Below, one piece after another: positions 53,356 to 62,743 of a stretch of DNA of 64,000 bases. Made by a program: the position numbers and the translations under genes. Location of the stretch: NCBI GenBank assembly GCA_030606285.1, contig JAUWGS010000004.1, forward strand, positions 9,713-73,712, in the 5' to 3' direction. Within the stretch, counting starts at the first letter, position 1; each line of letters opens with the position of its first letter. The stretch is from Planctomycetales bacterium. GTDB taxonomy: Bacteria; 4484-113. The notes under the pieces were generated by a model. It did not search any database. It saw only the letters and a list, made by a program, of their open reading frames with translations, and had not been told where the DNA came from.

Positions 53356-54027
53356 CTAGTAGTATGGGTATCCAGAAGTTTCTGCGGCCTCCATTGAGAG
53401 CCCGATGGCTATAGACACCAATGCCACAGCCGCCACTATGATTGTGAGGACAATCGCGAGAGACAAGTCCTTTCTTTGCTCGACCACCACACGTGTTTGA
53501 GCTATAGAGTCATGCCATGCCTGTCGTTTCTTATCGAAAGCAACCCACCAGAAGCCTAATCCAAAGAGAAGAGAAGAGATTAGGTAAGCAGCAGAGCGGC
53601 CAAGCGCTCTGCCGAATCCAAGGTCTCCATCTGTTTCAGCATGCAGGACCTTCAGGCCATAAAGCTTTTTTCCGGGAGTACTAGACCACACCGAAAGAAA
53701 CAGCGTGTGGTAGAGAACCAGTCCAGCGATGCCCAGTAATTGGGCAGAAGCATCGTCCTCGAAGACTGATGGGAACACTAAGCCTATTATCAATAACAGC
53801 AAAAACAGTACCCCATAGTCGAAGATAAAAGCTCCAGCCCGGAAACCGAAAGAGGCTAGTTTGCGGTCATGGCTTCCAGGTGGCTCAAGTGATTCCTCTC
53901 CAACGGCAGTGTCTCCAGAGTCAACTTGTGTCTTATCAACATCTACGGTAGCAGTAAGTTTGGCCCCGCAGGAAAAACAGAACGAAGCACCTGGTGGTTG
54001 TTCTTTGCCACATGACGGACAGAACAT
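53356..54027 (-). CDS. zinc-ribbon + RDD-family membrane protein
   Basis: MFCPSCGKEQPPGASFCFSCGAKL forms two CxxC pairs. It has 3 TM helices and the C-terminal RDD signature RQAWHDSIAQTRVV. AT-richer than the flanks. Confidence 0.75.
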   Translation of the reverse strand: MFCPSCGKEQPPGASFCFSCGAKLTATVDVDKTQVDSGDTAVGEESLEPPGSHDRKLASFGFRAGAFIFDYGVLFLLLLIIGLVFPSVFEDDASAQLLGIAGLVLYHTLFLSVWSSTPGKKLYGLKVLHAETDGDLGFGRALGRSAAYLISSLLFGLGFWWVAFDKKRQAWHDSIAQTRVVVEQRKDLSLAIVLTIIVAAVALVSIAIGLSMEAAETSGYPYY

Positions 54028-54189
54028 GGCAGTCTACCTCCCCGTGTATACTAAGCATTGTCACTGTAGCATCCCATGTATTAGGAGTCAATCAAACGAA
54101 AACTCAGCTTTCAAGTTGGGTACAGGCAGAGCCTAATCCTCAGAGTCATAGACCTCCGACCGCGCCGCGCACAGGCAAACAATGGCTCG

Positions 54190-55140
54190 TCATTTTGAGC
54201 TTGAGTTCATGTAAGGAGCGAGGATGTCCATCGCCGAACGATACGCTGCATTAACACTGTTGGTGGGGAATGACAGCTTGCTAAAGTATCTTGCATGAGA
54301 GGCTATAGCCATGAAATAAGTCATCTCAGCTACAGACTGAAGCATCTGTCCCATTAAGGTATCCCTATTAGCAGGAGTGAACATCAGCGCGAAATAGCTC
54401 GTATGGTGGTAGGTCGACAAGAACTTATACAGTGGTCCACTTGGACTATCTTTAACCTTGGGGAGAGTAGCCTTTAAATACCTATCAACATCTCTATCCC
54501 CGCGAGATATTAATCCTTTTTGTTTTACCGTGAAAACGTCCAAATCTTCTAGTAGTCTCTCACTCTTCAAGTATTCATCGCGCAACAACTCGAAATTCGA
54601 ATATAGCCATTGAGCTAGCTGCGTAATCTTAGGATTCGGAGTAATACGCTCTTGAACAATGAAGCTTGGACAGCGTTTCTTCAATGAGAGAGTGTGCTTT
54701 TCAGCATTTTCTTTGAAAATATTGCGTTCTTGAACAAGGAGCTTGTCTTCACCAGGTTGTGTTTCTTTATGGATATAGAATGCCTTCATCAAGCCATGAA
54801 TGATGAAGACTTGATGGTGCGCATAACGTAGATTATTAGTACGTGGAAGTACAAGGTAAAAAAAGTTGTGGTGAAATCCAAGTATCGTTCTCATCAATAG
54901 AGCCATGCTATAGAGGTCATTATGACCGCAAGCGTCTACCGCATATCTACTACAAAGAAATGATTGATGTAGCAAGACTACTACTGAATGCCTTGGTTCT
55001 TCTTCCTTGCAGCCCGTAGTAAGCCAGTCCTTTGGCAACGAAGATACGCTGTCAAGTAGCCTTGTAGTTGCGTCAACACACGATTGTAGTTCCGAAGAAA
55101 CCACTTGATTAAAGCACGGAGGCTCTACCGGCATCGACAT
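54190..55140 (-). CDS. orphan hypothetical protein (most AT-rich gene of the window)
   Basis: A 316-aa ORF with no signal peptide or TM helix. The only motif noticed is an R-x5-H (MRTILGFHH). Family unknown. Confidence 0.55.
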   Translation of the reverse strand: MSMPVEPPCFNQVVSSELQSCVDATTRLLDSVSSLPKDWLTTGCKEEEPRHSVVVLLHQSFLCSRYAVDACGHNDLYSMALLMRTILGFHHNFFYLVLPRTNNLRYAHHQVFIIHGLMKAFYIHKETQPGEDKLLVQERNIFKENAEKHTLSLKKRCPSFIVQERITPNPKITQLAQWLYSNFELLRDEYLKSERLLEDLDVFTVKQKGLISRGDRDVDRYLKATLPKVKDSPSGPLYKFLSTYHHTSYFALMFTPANRDTLMGQMLQSVAEMTYFMAIASHARYFSKLSFPTNSVNAAYRSAMDILAPYMNSSSK

Positions 55141-55227
55141 GCGAGATACTCCTTTTCAGCCCTCGCGTAGATCATTAGCTCTCGATCAGAAATGGGATAC
55201 TGGCTCGATCAGCAACGAACATCGCTG

Positions 55228-56613
55228 TCACTCCCCCTTCCCCCATCGTTTCTCCAGCAGGTCTTTAATCTTCTTCTCGGCGGCGATGGGTTTGGGCTCG
55301 TAGAATTTCGCGCCCTTAAGCTCATCCGGTAGGTAGCCTTCGGCGACGAAGCCGCCGGTAACGTCCTCCGCGCCGTCTTCAGCATGCTCGGCTTTGCCGT
55401 GCGCGTAGCGGTAGTCCTTGCCGTAGCCAAGTTCCTTCATCAGCCGCGTCGGTGCATTGCGGACTTTCAGCGGCACCGGCACCGCGCCGTGCTCCTCCAC
55501 TGCCGCACGCGCCGCGCTGTTTGCCTCGTACACGCTGTTTGACTTCGGCGCGGCAGAAAGGTATATCGCCAGCTCCGCCAGCGCGTTGTCGCACTCGGGC
55601 ATCCCCACCGTCTCCACCGTTCGGAACACCGCCTGCGCCAGCACCAGCGCGAACGGGTCGGCCAGACCGATGTCCTCGCTCGCCATTCGGGTCATCCGCC
55701 GCGCGAGGTACTTGGGATCCTCGCCCGCCGCCAGCATCCGGTTGAGGTAGTAAAGCGCCGCGTCCGGGTCGCTGCCGCGCACGGCTTTGTGCAGCGCGGA
55801 GATGAGGTTGTAGTGCTCCTCGCCCGTCTTGTCGTAGAGCAGCTCGCGGCGCGTGAGAACTTCCTGCGCGAATTCAAGCGTGATGAGCTTCTCGTGCTTT
55901 TCCTTCGCCAGCAGGTCAACGGCGAGTTCCAGCGCGTTGAGCGCGAACCGCGCATCGCCGTCCGCCGCGCGCGCGAGATAAATCAGCGCATCGTCGTCAA
56001 TGGCAACACCAGACTTGCCCAGCCCGCGCTCTTTGTCCGCAAGCGCCTGGCGCGTAAGCGTGGCGACGTTGTCGTCACTCAGGCGTTCCAGCACGAGCAC
56101 TTTGCTGCGCGAAAGCAGCGGCGAGATAACCTCGAAGCTTGGGTTCTCCGTCGTCGCGCCGAGCAGCACGATAGTGCCGCGCTCCACGTGCGGCAAAAAC
56201 GCGTCCTGTTGCGCCTTGTTGAAGCGGTGGATTTCGTCGATGAACAGAATCGTCGGGCGGCTGAACATCCGGCGCGAGCGGTTGGCGAACTCGATGACCT
56301 CGCGCACCTGCGGGATGCCGCTCGTTACCGCGCTCATGCGCACGAACTCGTAGTGTTCGAGCGAGCCGAGGATGTAGGCGAGCGTGGTCTTGCCGCTGCC
56401 CGGCGGGCCCCAGAATATGAGCGACGGGACTTTTCCCGAATCCAGGATGCGCTTGAGCAGGCCGGTTTCGCCGGTGAGGTGCTCCTGGCCCGCGAATTCG
56501 CCTAAGTCGCGCGGGCGCATCCGGTCGGCGAGCGGGGCTGCGGTCAGTTCTGAGGAATCAGTGTCAGGCTTGTGGGAGCGCTTTTCTGATCCTGCTGGTT
56601 TCCCTTCCGCCAT
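55228..56613 (-). CDS. rarA: replication-associated recombination protein A (RarA/MgsA AAA+ ATPase)
   Basis: LIFWGPPGSGKTTLA (Walker A), ILFIDEIHRFNK (Walker B), and a C-terminal MgsA-type region (ALHKAVRGSDPDAALYYL). Confidence 0.92.
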   Translation of the reverse strand: MAEGKPAGSEKRSHKPDTDSSELTAAPLADRMRPRDLGEFAGQEHLTGETGLLKRILDSGKVPSLIFWGPPGSGKTTLAYILGSLEHYEFVRMSAVTSGIPQVREVIEFANRSRRMFSRPTILFIDEIHRFNKAQQDAFLPHVERGTIVLLGATTENPSFEVISPLLSRSKVLVLERLSDDNVATLTRQALADKERGLGKSGVAIDDDALIYLARAADGDARFALNALELAVDLLAKEKHEKLITLEFAQEVLTRRELLYDKTGEEHYNLISALHKAVRGSDPDAALYYLNRMLAAGEDPKYLARRMTRMASEDIGLADPFALVLAQAVFRTVETVGMPECDNALAELAIYLSAAPKSNSVYEANSAARAAVEEHGAVPVPLKVRNAPTRLMKELGYGKDYRYAHGKAEHAEDGAEDVTGGFVAEGYLPDELKGAKFYEPKPIAAEKKIKDLLEKRWGKGE

Positions 56614-56649
56614 CGGACTTATTCTATCAGAAAGCGCGTACTCGCACTG

Positions 56650-57357
56650 TCAGCTTCCCGCGTGTATGAAGCGGCCGAACCAGATGAGCAGGTAAGCGTT
56701 AGCGCCGGCGTGAAATGCCCAGGGAACTAGCAGACCGCGGCTGAGCAGCGCGGTCGCGCCGAGGATAAATCCTGCTGCAAGGACAACCAGCGCGGGAAGC
56801 CATAACGCGGAGAACATAAACGTAATCGGCATCACGTGGAAACCCGCGAAGATTATCGCGTGCAGCAAGTTGGGTGTAGCACTTCGCGCATCAGCGAGTA
56901 TCGGTAGTACACGCCCGCGCCAGAGCGCTTCTTCCGCCAGCGGGTTCATCAATCCGAAATAGACGGCGATGGGCAGGTAGCTCCGGGCGTTTAGCCCCAG
57001 CGCATCTAACGGGCGTGTTGTCACGTCGGGGAGCGCCTGAGCCGGAAGCAGCGGAAGGATGTACTCCATCACAATCCACGTGAGCACGAAGCCGGTAATG
57101 AGCGCGAAAACGGCAACGCCGCTTTGCGTTATGTTGAATCGCAGGGGGCGTCTTGAGCGCAGCAATAGCCATCCGCCGCCGCAGAGCGCGACGTGGTAGA
57201 CAATCATTGTGAGCAGCGCGCTCTTGAACCAGAAGAGCCCCAGCGCTACCCACAGGTAGATCGCTATACACCAGAAAACTAGCCGAAGAAGTGAAGGGCG
57301 CCCGGTCACGCCACTATCATAGCGCGAGTGGGGCAACATAATAACCGTCGTCCGCAA
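56650..57357 (-). CDS. CPBP-family intramembrane glutamic endopeptidase (CAAX protease/Abi family)
   Basis: NPLAEEALWRGRV (EExxxR), IIFAGFHV (FxxxH) and WAFHAGANA (HxxxN), with multiple TM helices. Confidence 0.8.
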   Translation of the reverse strand: MRTTVIMLPHSRYDSGVTGRPSLLRLVFWCIAIYLWVALGLFWFKSALLTMIVYHVALCGGGWLLLRSRRPLRFNITQSGVAVFALITGFVLTWIVMEYILPLLPAQALPDVTTRPLDALGLNARSYLPIAVYFGLMNPLAEEALWRGRVLPILADARSATPNLLHAIIFAGFHVMPITFMFSALWLPALVVLAAGFILGATALLSRGLLVPWAFHAGANAYLLIWFGRFIHAGS

Positions 57358-57419
57358 TCAGCAAGGCGTGCGTGCGCCGGTAGAAGCCGCCACGCGGGAA
57401 CGTGTGTAGCGCCGAGTGT

Positions 57420-60400
57420 CTACTTGGCGGGAAGCTGCCGGCTGATCTCTCCCTGGTACCATTGCGGCCAGCCGGCGGGAGGCTTCAGGCCAAGGTTCAG
57501 CGCTTCTGACATCTTCGCCTTTGCCTCGTCCACCTGCTTCAGCGCGTAAAGCGACAGGCCCCAGTAGTAGTAGTTGGAAGCGTTTTGAGGGGAGGCCTTG
57601 GCGCAGGATTCGTACTTCTCCACCGCCAGCTCGTGTTTCTTGAGGGTCGCCAGCACCGTGCCCCAGGCGTACAGCGCGCTGCCGTAGTCAGGCCGGATCT
57701 CTACAGCCCGGTGGTAAGCCTTCTCAGCTTCATCGAACTGCTTCTTTGCAGACCGCGCGTGTCCCAGATTATGGAAGAACCGCGAATCCTCCGCGTTGAG
57801 TTCGACAGCCTTGTTATATTTCTTTATAGCGTCGTCAATCTTCTTGAGCATGTAGAAGCAGTTGCCCCAGTAGTAGTATGTGTCAGGATCATCAATTCCC
57901 AGCTTTCCCGCCTCCACGAACTGCTTCAGCGCGTCTTCATATTTGCGCAGCCGGAAGAGTGCGATTCCACGGTACGAGTATGCCTCGGCCAGCTTGTTGT
58001 CAAGCACTGTCGCCTTCTTCAGCAGCTCAAGTCCTTCTCTGATCTTGCCAAGCACGACGAGAGCTTTGCCCTGCCCGAGGTGCGCTATGGCGTTGTCCGG
58101 AGCCAGCTCTACAGCCTTCGCGAACTTCTGTTGGGCTTCTTTGAAACGCTTGAGTTTGGTGAGCGCTTCGCCCCACAGGAGAAAAACATCAGCGTCCTCC
58201 GGACGGAGTTCGGAGGCGACCTGCGCCTTGTGCCGGGATTCCTCGTATCTGCCAAGGTCGTTCAGCGTTCGCAGCCAGTGCATATAGGAATCTGCGTACG
58301 TATCGTTTGGTTTCACCGCTTCTTCGTACTTGTCGACCGCTTCCTCGCACCGCCCAAGCGCCATCAGCGCATCGCCCCAGTTGAAGTAAAGCGCGGGGTG
58401 CTTTGCCAGGTCCCCCTTGGCGGCCAGTTTCTCCACGAGCTCCAGGGCGCGCGTCGCTTCGTTCTTCGCCAGCGCCTCGATCACTTTATTGAGTGCCCGC
58501 GACGGGTCCGCCTGGGTGGCCTCTGTGTGCATTTTGGCGAGCCGCTCGTTCAGGTTCTTTACCGTGTTTTCCTGTACCTCTGCCAGGCTTTCGAGTTCGG
58601 TGATTTTCGCCGTGCTCTCACCCAGTTTTTTCTCCAGCTCCTGGACCTGTGAGGAATCAGCTTCGGCTTTTTCTTTCTGAGACTTGATTTCGGCAATGGC
58701 GGCATCGCGCTCCGCCAGTTGTTTTTCCAGCTCAGCAGTCTTCTGTGACGCTTCGCCGAGCTTAGTCTCAACTTCGCTTGCCTTCTTGCCGGCGGCATCT
58801 GCCTGAGCAAGTCTTGCCTGCGACTCCTCGAGTTGCTTCTTTAACGCCTTAAACTGCGTGTCCCGTTCCTGGAGCTTTTTCTGGAGCTCAGTCAGCTCCA
58901 TCGAGTTTTCATACGCTTTGCTTTCGATCTCGCCCGCGCGGGCTTCTGCCGCTGCCAGCTTCGCAGCGAGCTCCTTGCCGCCCGTGTGGGCTTCACGAGC
59001 CGCAGTTTCGCGCTCATCCAGTTGCGATTTCAGCTTGGCGGCGGCATCTTCGTGCTCCTTCAGTTTCTTTTCAAGTTCAGTGGTACCGGCGCTCTTTTTC
59101 TTCAGCTCGTTATCGAGTTCGGTTGCGCGCTGTTGAGCTTTCTTGAGCTGCTCCGATGACTGAGCAGCGACCTGGTCGCGTTTCTTCAGTTCAGCGTCGA
59201 GTTCGGCGATGCTGGCGCTTTTCTTTTTCAATTCGTTATCAAGCTCGGTTGCGCGCTGTTCAGCATTTTTAGTCTGCTCCGATGATTGCGCAGCGACCTG
59301 GTCGCGTTTTTTCAGTTCAGCGTCAAGCTCACTGATGCGCTGTTCAGCGTTTTTGAGTTGCTGCGATGACTGCGTAGCGACCTGGTCGCGTTTCTTCAGT
59401 TCAGCGTCGAGTTCGCCAATGCGCTGTTGAGCTTTTTTAAGCTGCTCCGATGACTGCGCACCAGCTTGGTCGCGCTTCTTCAGGCTTTCCTCTTGCTCGC
59501 GTACTTTCGCTTCCCATTGAGCCGCTTTTGCCTCCTGGGCTTTCACGCTGTCCGAGCTGGATGACAGGCGTGTTTCAAGTTCATCAGCCTTGTGTTTCCA
59601 TTCGTTCGTCGAAGCCAGCAATTCATCGGACTTGTGCTTCAGCTCATCGGAGGTAGTCAGAAGCTCCTCGACCTGCTTGTCACGCTCATCCAGCCGTGCC
59701 TGCGCGTCCTCCAGGCTGGCCTCCCGTTCGCTGACGGTAGCAGACAGCTCATCTGCCTGTTTGGATTGCTCCGCGAGCTGATGCTTCAACTCCGCGTTTT
59801 CGGTGAGGGACTCCTTGAGCTGCGTCTGGGCTTCATTGAGCGCAGCCTGCAGCTTCCGCACGGAGTCGACGGTCTCCTGAGCCTGTGTGCCGATTTCCTT
59901 GAGTTTCGCCTCCCTGCCTGCAAGCTTCGATTCGGCATCCTTGATTCGCGTGTCGAACTCGCCGAGGGATTTCTCCAGCTTGCTCATCTGCACAGTTTCC
60001 TCTTCTTTTTCAGCTTCGCGCTCCTGTATCTTGGCCTCAAGGCCTCTGATGTGCGCCGCTTTCTCTTCAAGCTGCGCTTCCAGGACTTTTACGTGCGCCT
60101 CGCGCTCTTCAACACGCGCTTTGAATTGCTCTACCGAGGCGCTTGCCTCGTGCGCTGTGTGTTCACGCTTCTTCACCGCTTCCCGGGCTTCGTTGAGCTG
60201 CGTTGTCAGCTCCTTGAGCTTACTGCCACTTGCGGCCGCTGACTTCTCAGCTAAAGCCGTGCGCTTCTCCACACCGGCAGTGAGTTCAGTACTCTTGCGC
60301 AGTTTAGCTTCCAGCTCACGGTTAGCGGCCTGGAGCGTACGCAGCTTCTCGTCTTTTTGCGCCAGCAGTTTATCTAGCTGCGCGGTTTTTTCTTTGCCGC

Positions 60401-61820
60401 CCTTGGCGAGCTTGTCGCGTTCCTTGAAGTCGCTTTCCAGGTCGGCAATGCGTCCGTCACGGTCAGCCACCTGGGCACGGAGTTCTTCGATCTCCTTCTC
60501 ACGGGAGGCAATAGTCTGGGTATGTGCTTTGGCCTTCTCGCCGTGTTCTTCGACCTCCGACTGCAGGCTGCGATGTCTGTCTTTGTATTGCGCCAGCTCG
60601 GCCTGGAGCTGGTCTCGCGCAGCTTCGCGCTCCTTGACGCCAGCCTCAAGGTCACGCGTCTTTGCCATATGTTCTTGCAGTTGCGCCTCGAGTGCTTTTG
60701 CCTGTGCCTCCTTCTCCTGAACCGTGTTCTGAAGCTTTTTCACAAGTGCGTCGCGCTTCGCCGCCGCCTTAGCCCGTGCCCCGGCTCCAGCCTTGGATGT
60801 GAGTTCCTTCAGGCTGACATTCTGCTCGGACACCTTGGCCTCGAGTTCTTTCAGACTCCCGTCGCGCTCGGTCAGTTGCTTTTCGAGATCCTTCAGCCTG
60901 GCGTCCCGGTCGGCAAGCTTCTTGTCTCTGGTTGCATCGGCCTGCTTTGCCGTTTCCGCCTCTGCCTTCGCAACCTGCTGTTCGAGTTCGGCGATCTGGC
61001 TGTCGCGCTCTGCAATCGCTTTCTCGGCATCTTTAAGTTTACCCGCAAGGGCTGTGTCGTCTGCAGCAGGGGCTACGCCTTCGGGTGCGGGCTTGGCGCC
61101 GGATATCTCATAGCGGCCGAGCTTCGCGGACAGCTCCTTGACCTTTCGATTGCGCTGGAGCAGTTTCTGCTCAAGGTCGCGCACGCGGCGCTCCAGCGCT
61201 TCCTTGTCTGCACCCTCATCCACCGGCTCAGCCTCGTCCTCCTCCTCGACTTCCGGTTTGGCCGCCCGCTTCGGTTCGGGAGGTTTCTCGCCGCGCGTGG
61301 CCTCGAATTCCTCCAGCAGCTTTGGCAGCGACTTCAGCGACTTGGAAGCTTGACCACCGCTCACCTCCATCGCTGTCAGCAATTCCTGCCAGCCTTTTTC
61401 TCCCGTGACCTCAATCTTGACCGCCTGCAGCAGGACAGCTGGCAGGCTGCCGGGTTCGAAGAGCACTGCGAGCGCGGCGGTCTGAGGGAATGCGCGATGG
61501 TAAGTATTCAGTTCGTGAACGCAGTTGAGCGAGCGTGTCCAGGATCGTGAGACGACGATGACCAGATGCTTGCTGACGAGCGCAGCTTCGTCCGCGGCGC
61601 GCTCGGACTCCTCGTCCTCACCGTGGACTTCGTCGAACCATACACGGAGACCAGCACCGGACAAGAGTTTGTTGAGCAGCTTCCCCTCAGCCAGTGCAGT
61701 CCCCGGATGGTAGCTGACAAAAACGTCGTACTTATAGTCCAATTCAGCCGTTACCTCGTACCCCGGGCTGCCAGTCACTATTCTAACAGATGGCTCACCT
61801 TGCCCGGTCGTTTCAGTCAA
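57420..61820 (-). CDS. 1,466-aa TIR-domain / long coiled-coil / TPR-repeat protein
   Basis: TIR-like N-terminus (aa ~30-150, nt about 61371-61733): YDVFVSYH, LRVWFDE and VVSRSWTRSLNCVHEL. About 900 aa of E/K/A/L/Q-rich heptad-like sequence (about 58420-61250). About 10 TPRs at the C-terminus (about 57480-58420). No signal peptide, TM helix or P-loop. Confidence 0.8.
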   Translation of the reverse strand: MTETTGQGEPSVRIVTGSPGYEVTAELDYKYDVFVSYHPGTALAEGKLLNKLLSGAGLRVWFDEVHGEDEESERAADEAALVSKHLVIVVSRSWTRSLNCVHELNTYHRAFPQTAALAVLFEPGSLPAVLLQAVKIEVTGEKGWQELLTAMEVSGGQASKSLKSLPKLLEEFEATRGEKPPEPKRAAKPEVEEEDEAEPVDEGADKEALERRVRDLEQKLLQRNRKVKELSAKLGRYEISGAKPAPEGVAPAADDTALAGKLKDAEKAIAERDSQIAELEQQVAKAEAETAKQADATRDKKLADRDARLKDLEKQLTERDGSLKELEAKVSEQNVSLKELTSKAGAGARAKAAAKRDALVKKLQNTVQEKEAQAKALEAQLQEHMAKTRDLEAGVKEREAARDQLQAELAQYKDRHRSLQSEVEEHGEKAKAHTQTIASREKEIEELRAQVADRDGRIADLESDFKERDKLAKGGKEKTAQLDKLLAQKDEKLRTLQAANRELEAKLRKSTELTAGVEKRTALAEKSAAASGSKLKELTTQLNEAREAVKKREHTAHEASASVEQFKARVEEREAHVKVLEAQLEEKAAHIRGLEAKIQEREAEKEEETVQMSKLEKSLGEFDTRIKDAESKLAGREAKLKEIGTQAQETVDSVRKLQAALNEAQTQLKESLTENAELKHQLAEQSKQADELSATVSEREASLEDAQARLDERDKQVEELLTTSDELKHKSDELLASTNEWKHKADELETRLSSSSDSVKAQEAKAAQWEAKVREQEESLKKRDQAGAQSSEQLKKAQQRIGELDAELKKRDQVATQSSQQLKNAEQRISELDAELKKRDQVAAQSSEQTKNAEQRATELDNELKKKSASIAELDAELKKRDQVAAQSSEQLKKAQQRATELDNELKKKSAGTTELEKKLKEHEDAAAKLKSQLDERETAAREAHTGGKELAAKLAAAEARAGEIESKAYENSMELTELQKKLQERDTQFKALKKQLEESQARLAQADAAGKKASEVETKLGEASQKTAELEKQLAERDAAIAEIKSQKEKAEADSSQVQELEKKLGESTAKITELESLAEVQENTVKNLNERLAKMHTEATQADPSRALNKVIEALAKNEATRALELVEKLAAKGDLAKHPALYFNWGDALMALGRCEEAVDKYEEAVKPNDTYADSYMHWLRTLNDLGRYEESRHKAQVASELRPEDADVFLLWGEALTKLKRFKEAQQKFAKAVELAPDNAIAHLGQGKALVVLGKIREGLELLKKATVLDNKLAEAYSYRGIALFRLRKYEDALKQFVEAGKLGIDDPDTYYYWGNCFYMLKKIDDAIKKYNKAVELNAEDSRFFHNLGHARSAKKQFDEAEKAYHRAVEIRPDYGSALYAWGTVLATLKKHELAVEKYESCAKASPQNASNYYYWGLSLYALKQVDEAKAKMSEALNLGLKPPAGWPQWYQGEISRQLPAK
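59090..59490 (-). repeat. about 4 near-identical intragenic repeats in the coiled-coil region
   Basis: GACCTGGTCGCGTTTCTTCAGTTCAGCGTC(G/A)AG recurs at about 59170, 59295, 59380 and (variant) 59462. It encodes ELDAELKKRDQVA(A/T)QSS(E/Q)QLK.A(E/Q)QR. Confidence 0.85.
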
Positions 61821-61855
61821 CCTTGATGATTCTATGTCAGAATGGCTGCGTAAAC

Positions 61856-62743
61856 TCAGCCATGCGGATGTGCCTTAGAGTAGACTTGGCGCAGCCTGCT
61901 CATTACCACCCGGGTGTAGAACTCCACCGTGGAAATCCGGGAATGGCCGAGGAGTTCCTGGACAACGCGAATATCCGCGCCGTTCTCAAGCAGGTGCGTC
62001 GCGAAGCTGTGGCGGAGCGTGTGCGGTGTGACCCTCGCGGTAATGCCCGCGCCCGCGGCGTATTTGCGCACCAATCTGAAGACCTGCACGCGTGAAAGCT
62101 CCCCCCGGCGGCTCAGGAAAACCTTTGCGCTGCGCGAGCTGGCTGGCAGCCCCGGCCTGACATCGCTCAAGTACCGATCCAGCCACTCAACAGCGAAATC
62201 GCCCAGCGGGCAGATGCGGACCTTTCCGCCTTTGCCGTGCACGCGCGCAAATCCGGCGTTGAGGTCCAGGTCGGTCAGCTGGAGGCCGCAGCATTCGCTC
62301 ACTCTCATCCCTGACGCGTACAGCGTTTCCAGCAGCGCACGGTCGCGGATACCGAGCTGCGTCTGCGTGTCGGGCGACGCAAGCAACCGCCTTATTTCGT
62401 CGTAAGTTATTGCGTGGGGCAGGGGGACTGCCCTGGGAGCTCTCAATCGTCGGGGAAAAACCTCCTTGTCAAGCAGGTTGCGCGCGAGCAGGAATCGACT
62501 GAAGCGCCGCAACGCGGCGATGCGCCGACGGATAGTGGCAGGCGAGTAATCCCCGCGCGTATTGAGTTCGCCTATATAGGAGGTGAAACGCTCTGGTGCA
62601 AGGTCGCGTAGCCTGCGTATCTGAGACCAGGCCTGAAAAGCCTGGAGGTCGCGGGCGTATGCTGTGACGGTATTTGGCGACAGTCCTCGCTCGACACGGC
62701 AATGTGTCAGGAAGGCATCGATGGCTTCATCGAGCAGCATCAT
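61856..62743 (-). CDS. XerC/XerD-family tyrosine site-specific recombinase
   Basis: HTLRHSFATHLLENGADIRVVQELLGHSRISTVEFYTRV carries the HxxR, His and Tyr residues. N-terminal SAM-like domain present. The start overlaps the dnaJ stop by 4 nt. Confidence 0.88.
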   Translation of the reverse strand: MMLLDEAIDAFLTHCRVERGLSPNTVTAYARDLQAFQAWSQIRRLRDLAPERFTSYIGELNTRGDYSPATIRRRIAALRRFSRFLLARNLLDKEVFPRRLRAPRAVPLPHAITYDEIRRLLASPDTQTQLGIRDRALLETLYASGMRVSECCGLQLTDLDLNAGFARVHGKGGKVRICPLGDFAVEWLDRYLSDVRPGLPASSRSAKVFLSRRGELSRVQVFRLVRKYAAGAGITARVTPHTLRHSFATHLLENGADIRVVQELLGHSRISTVEFYTRVVMSRLRQVYSKAHPHG

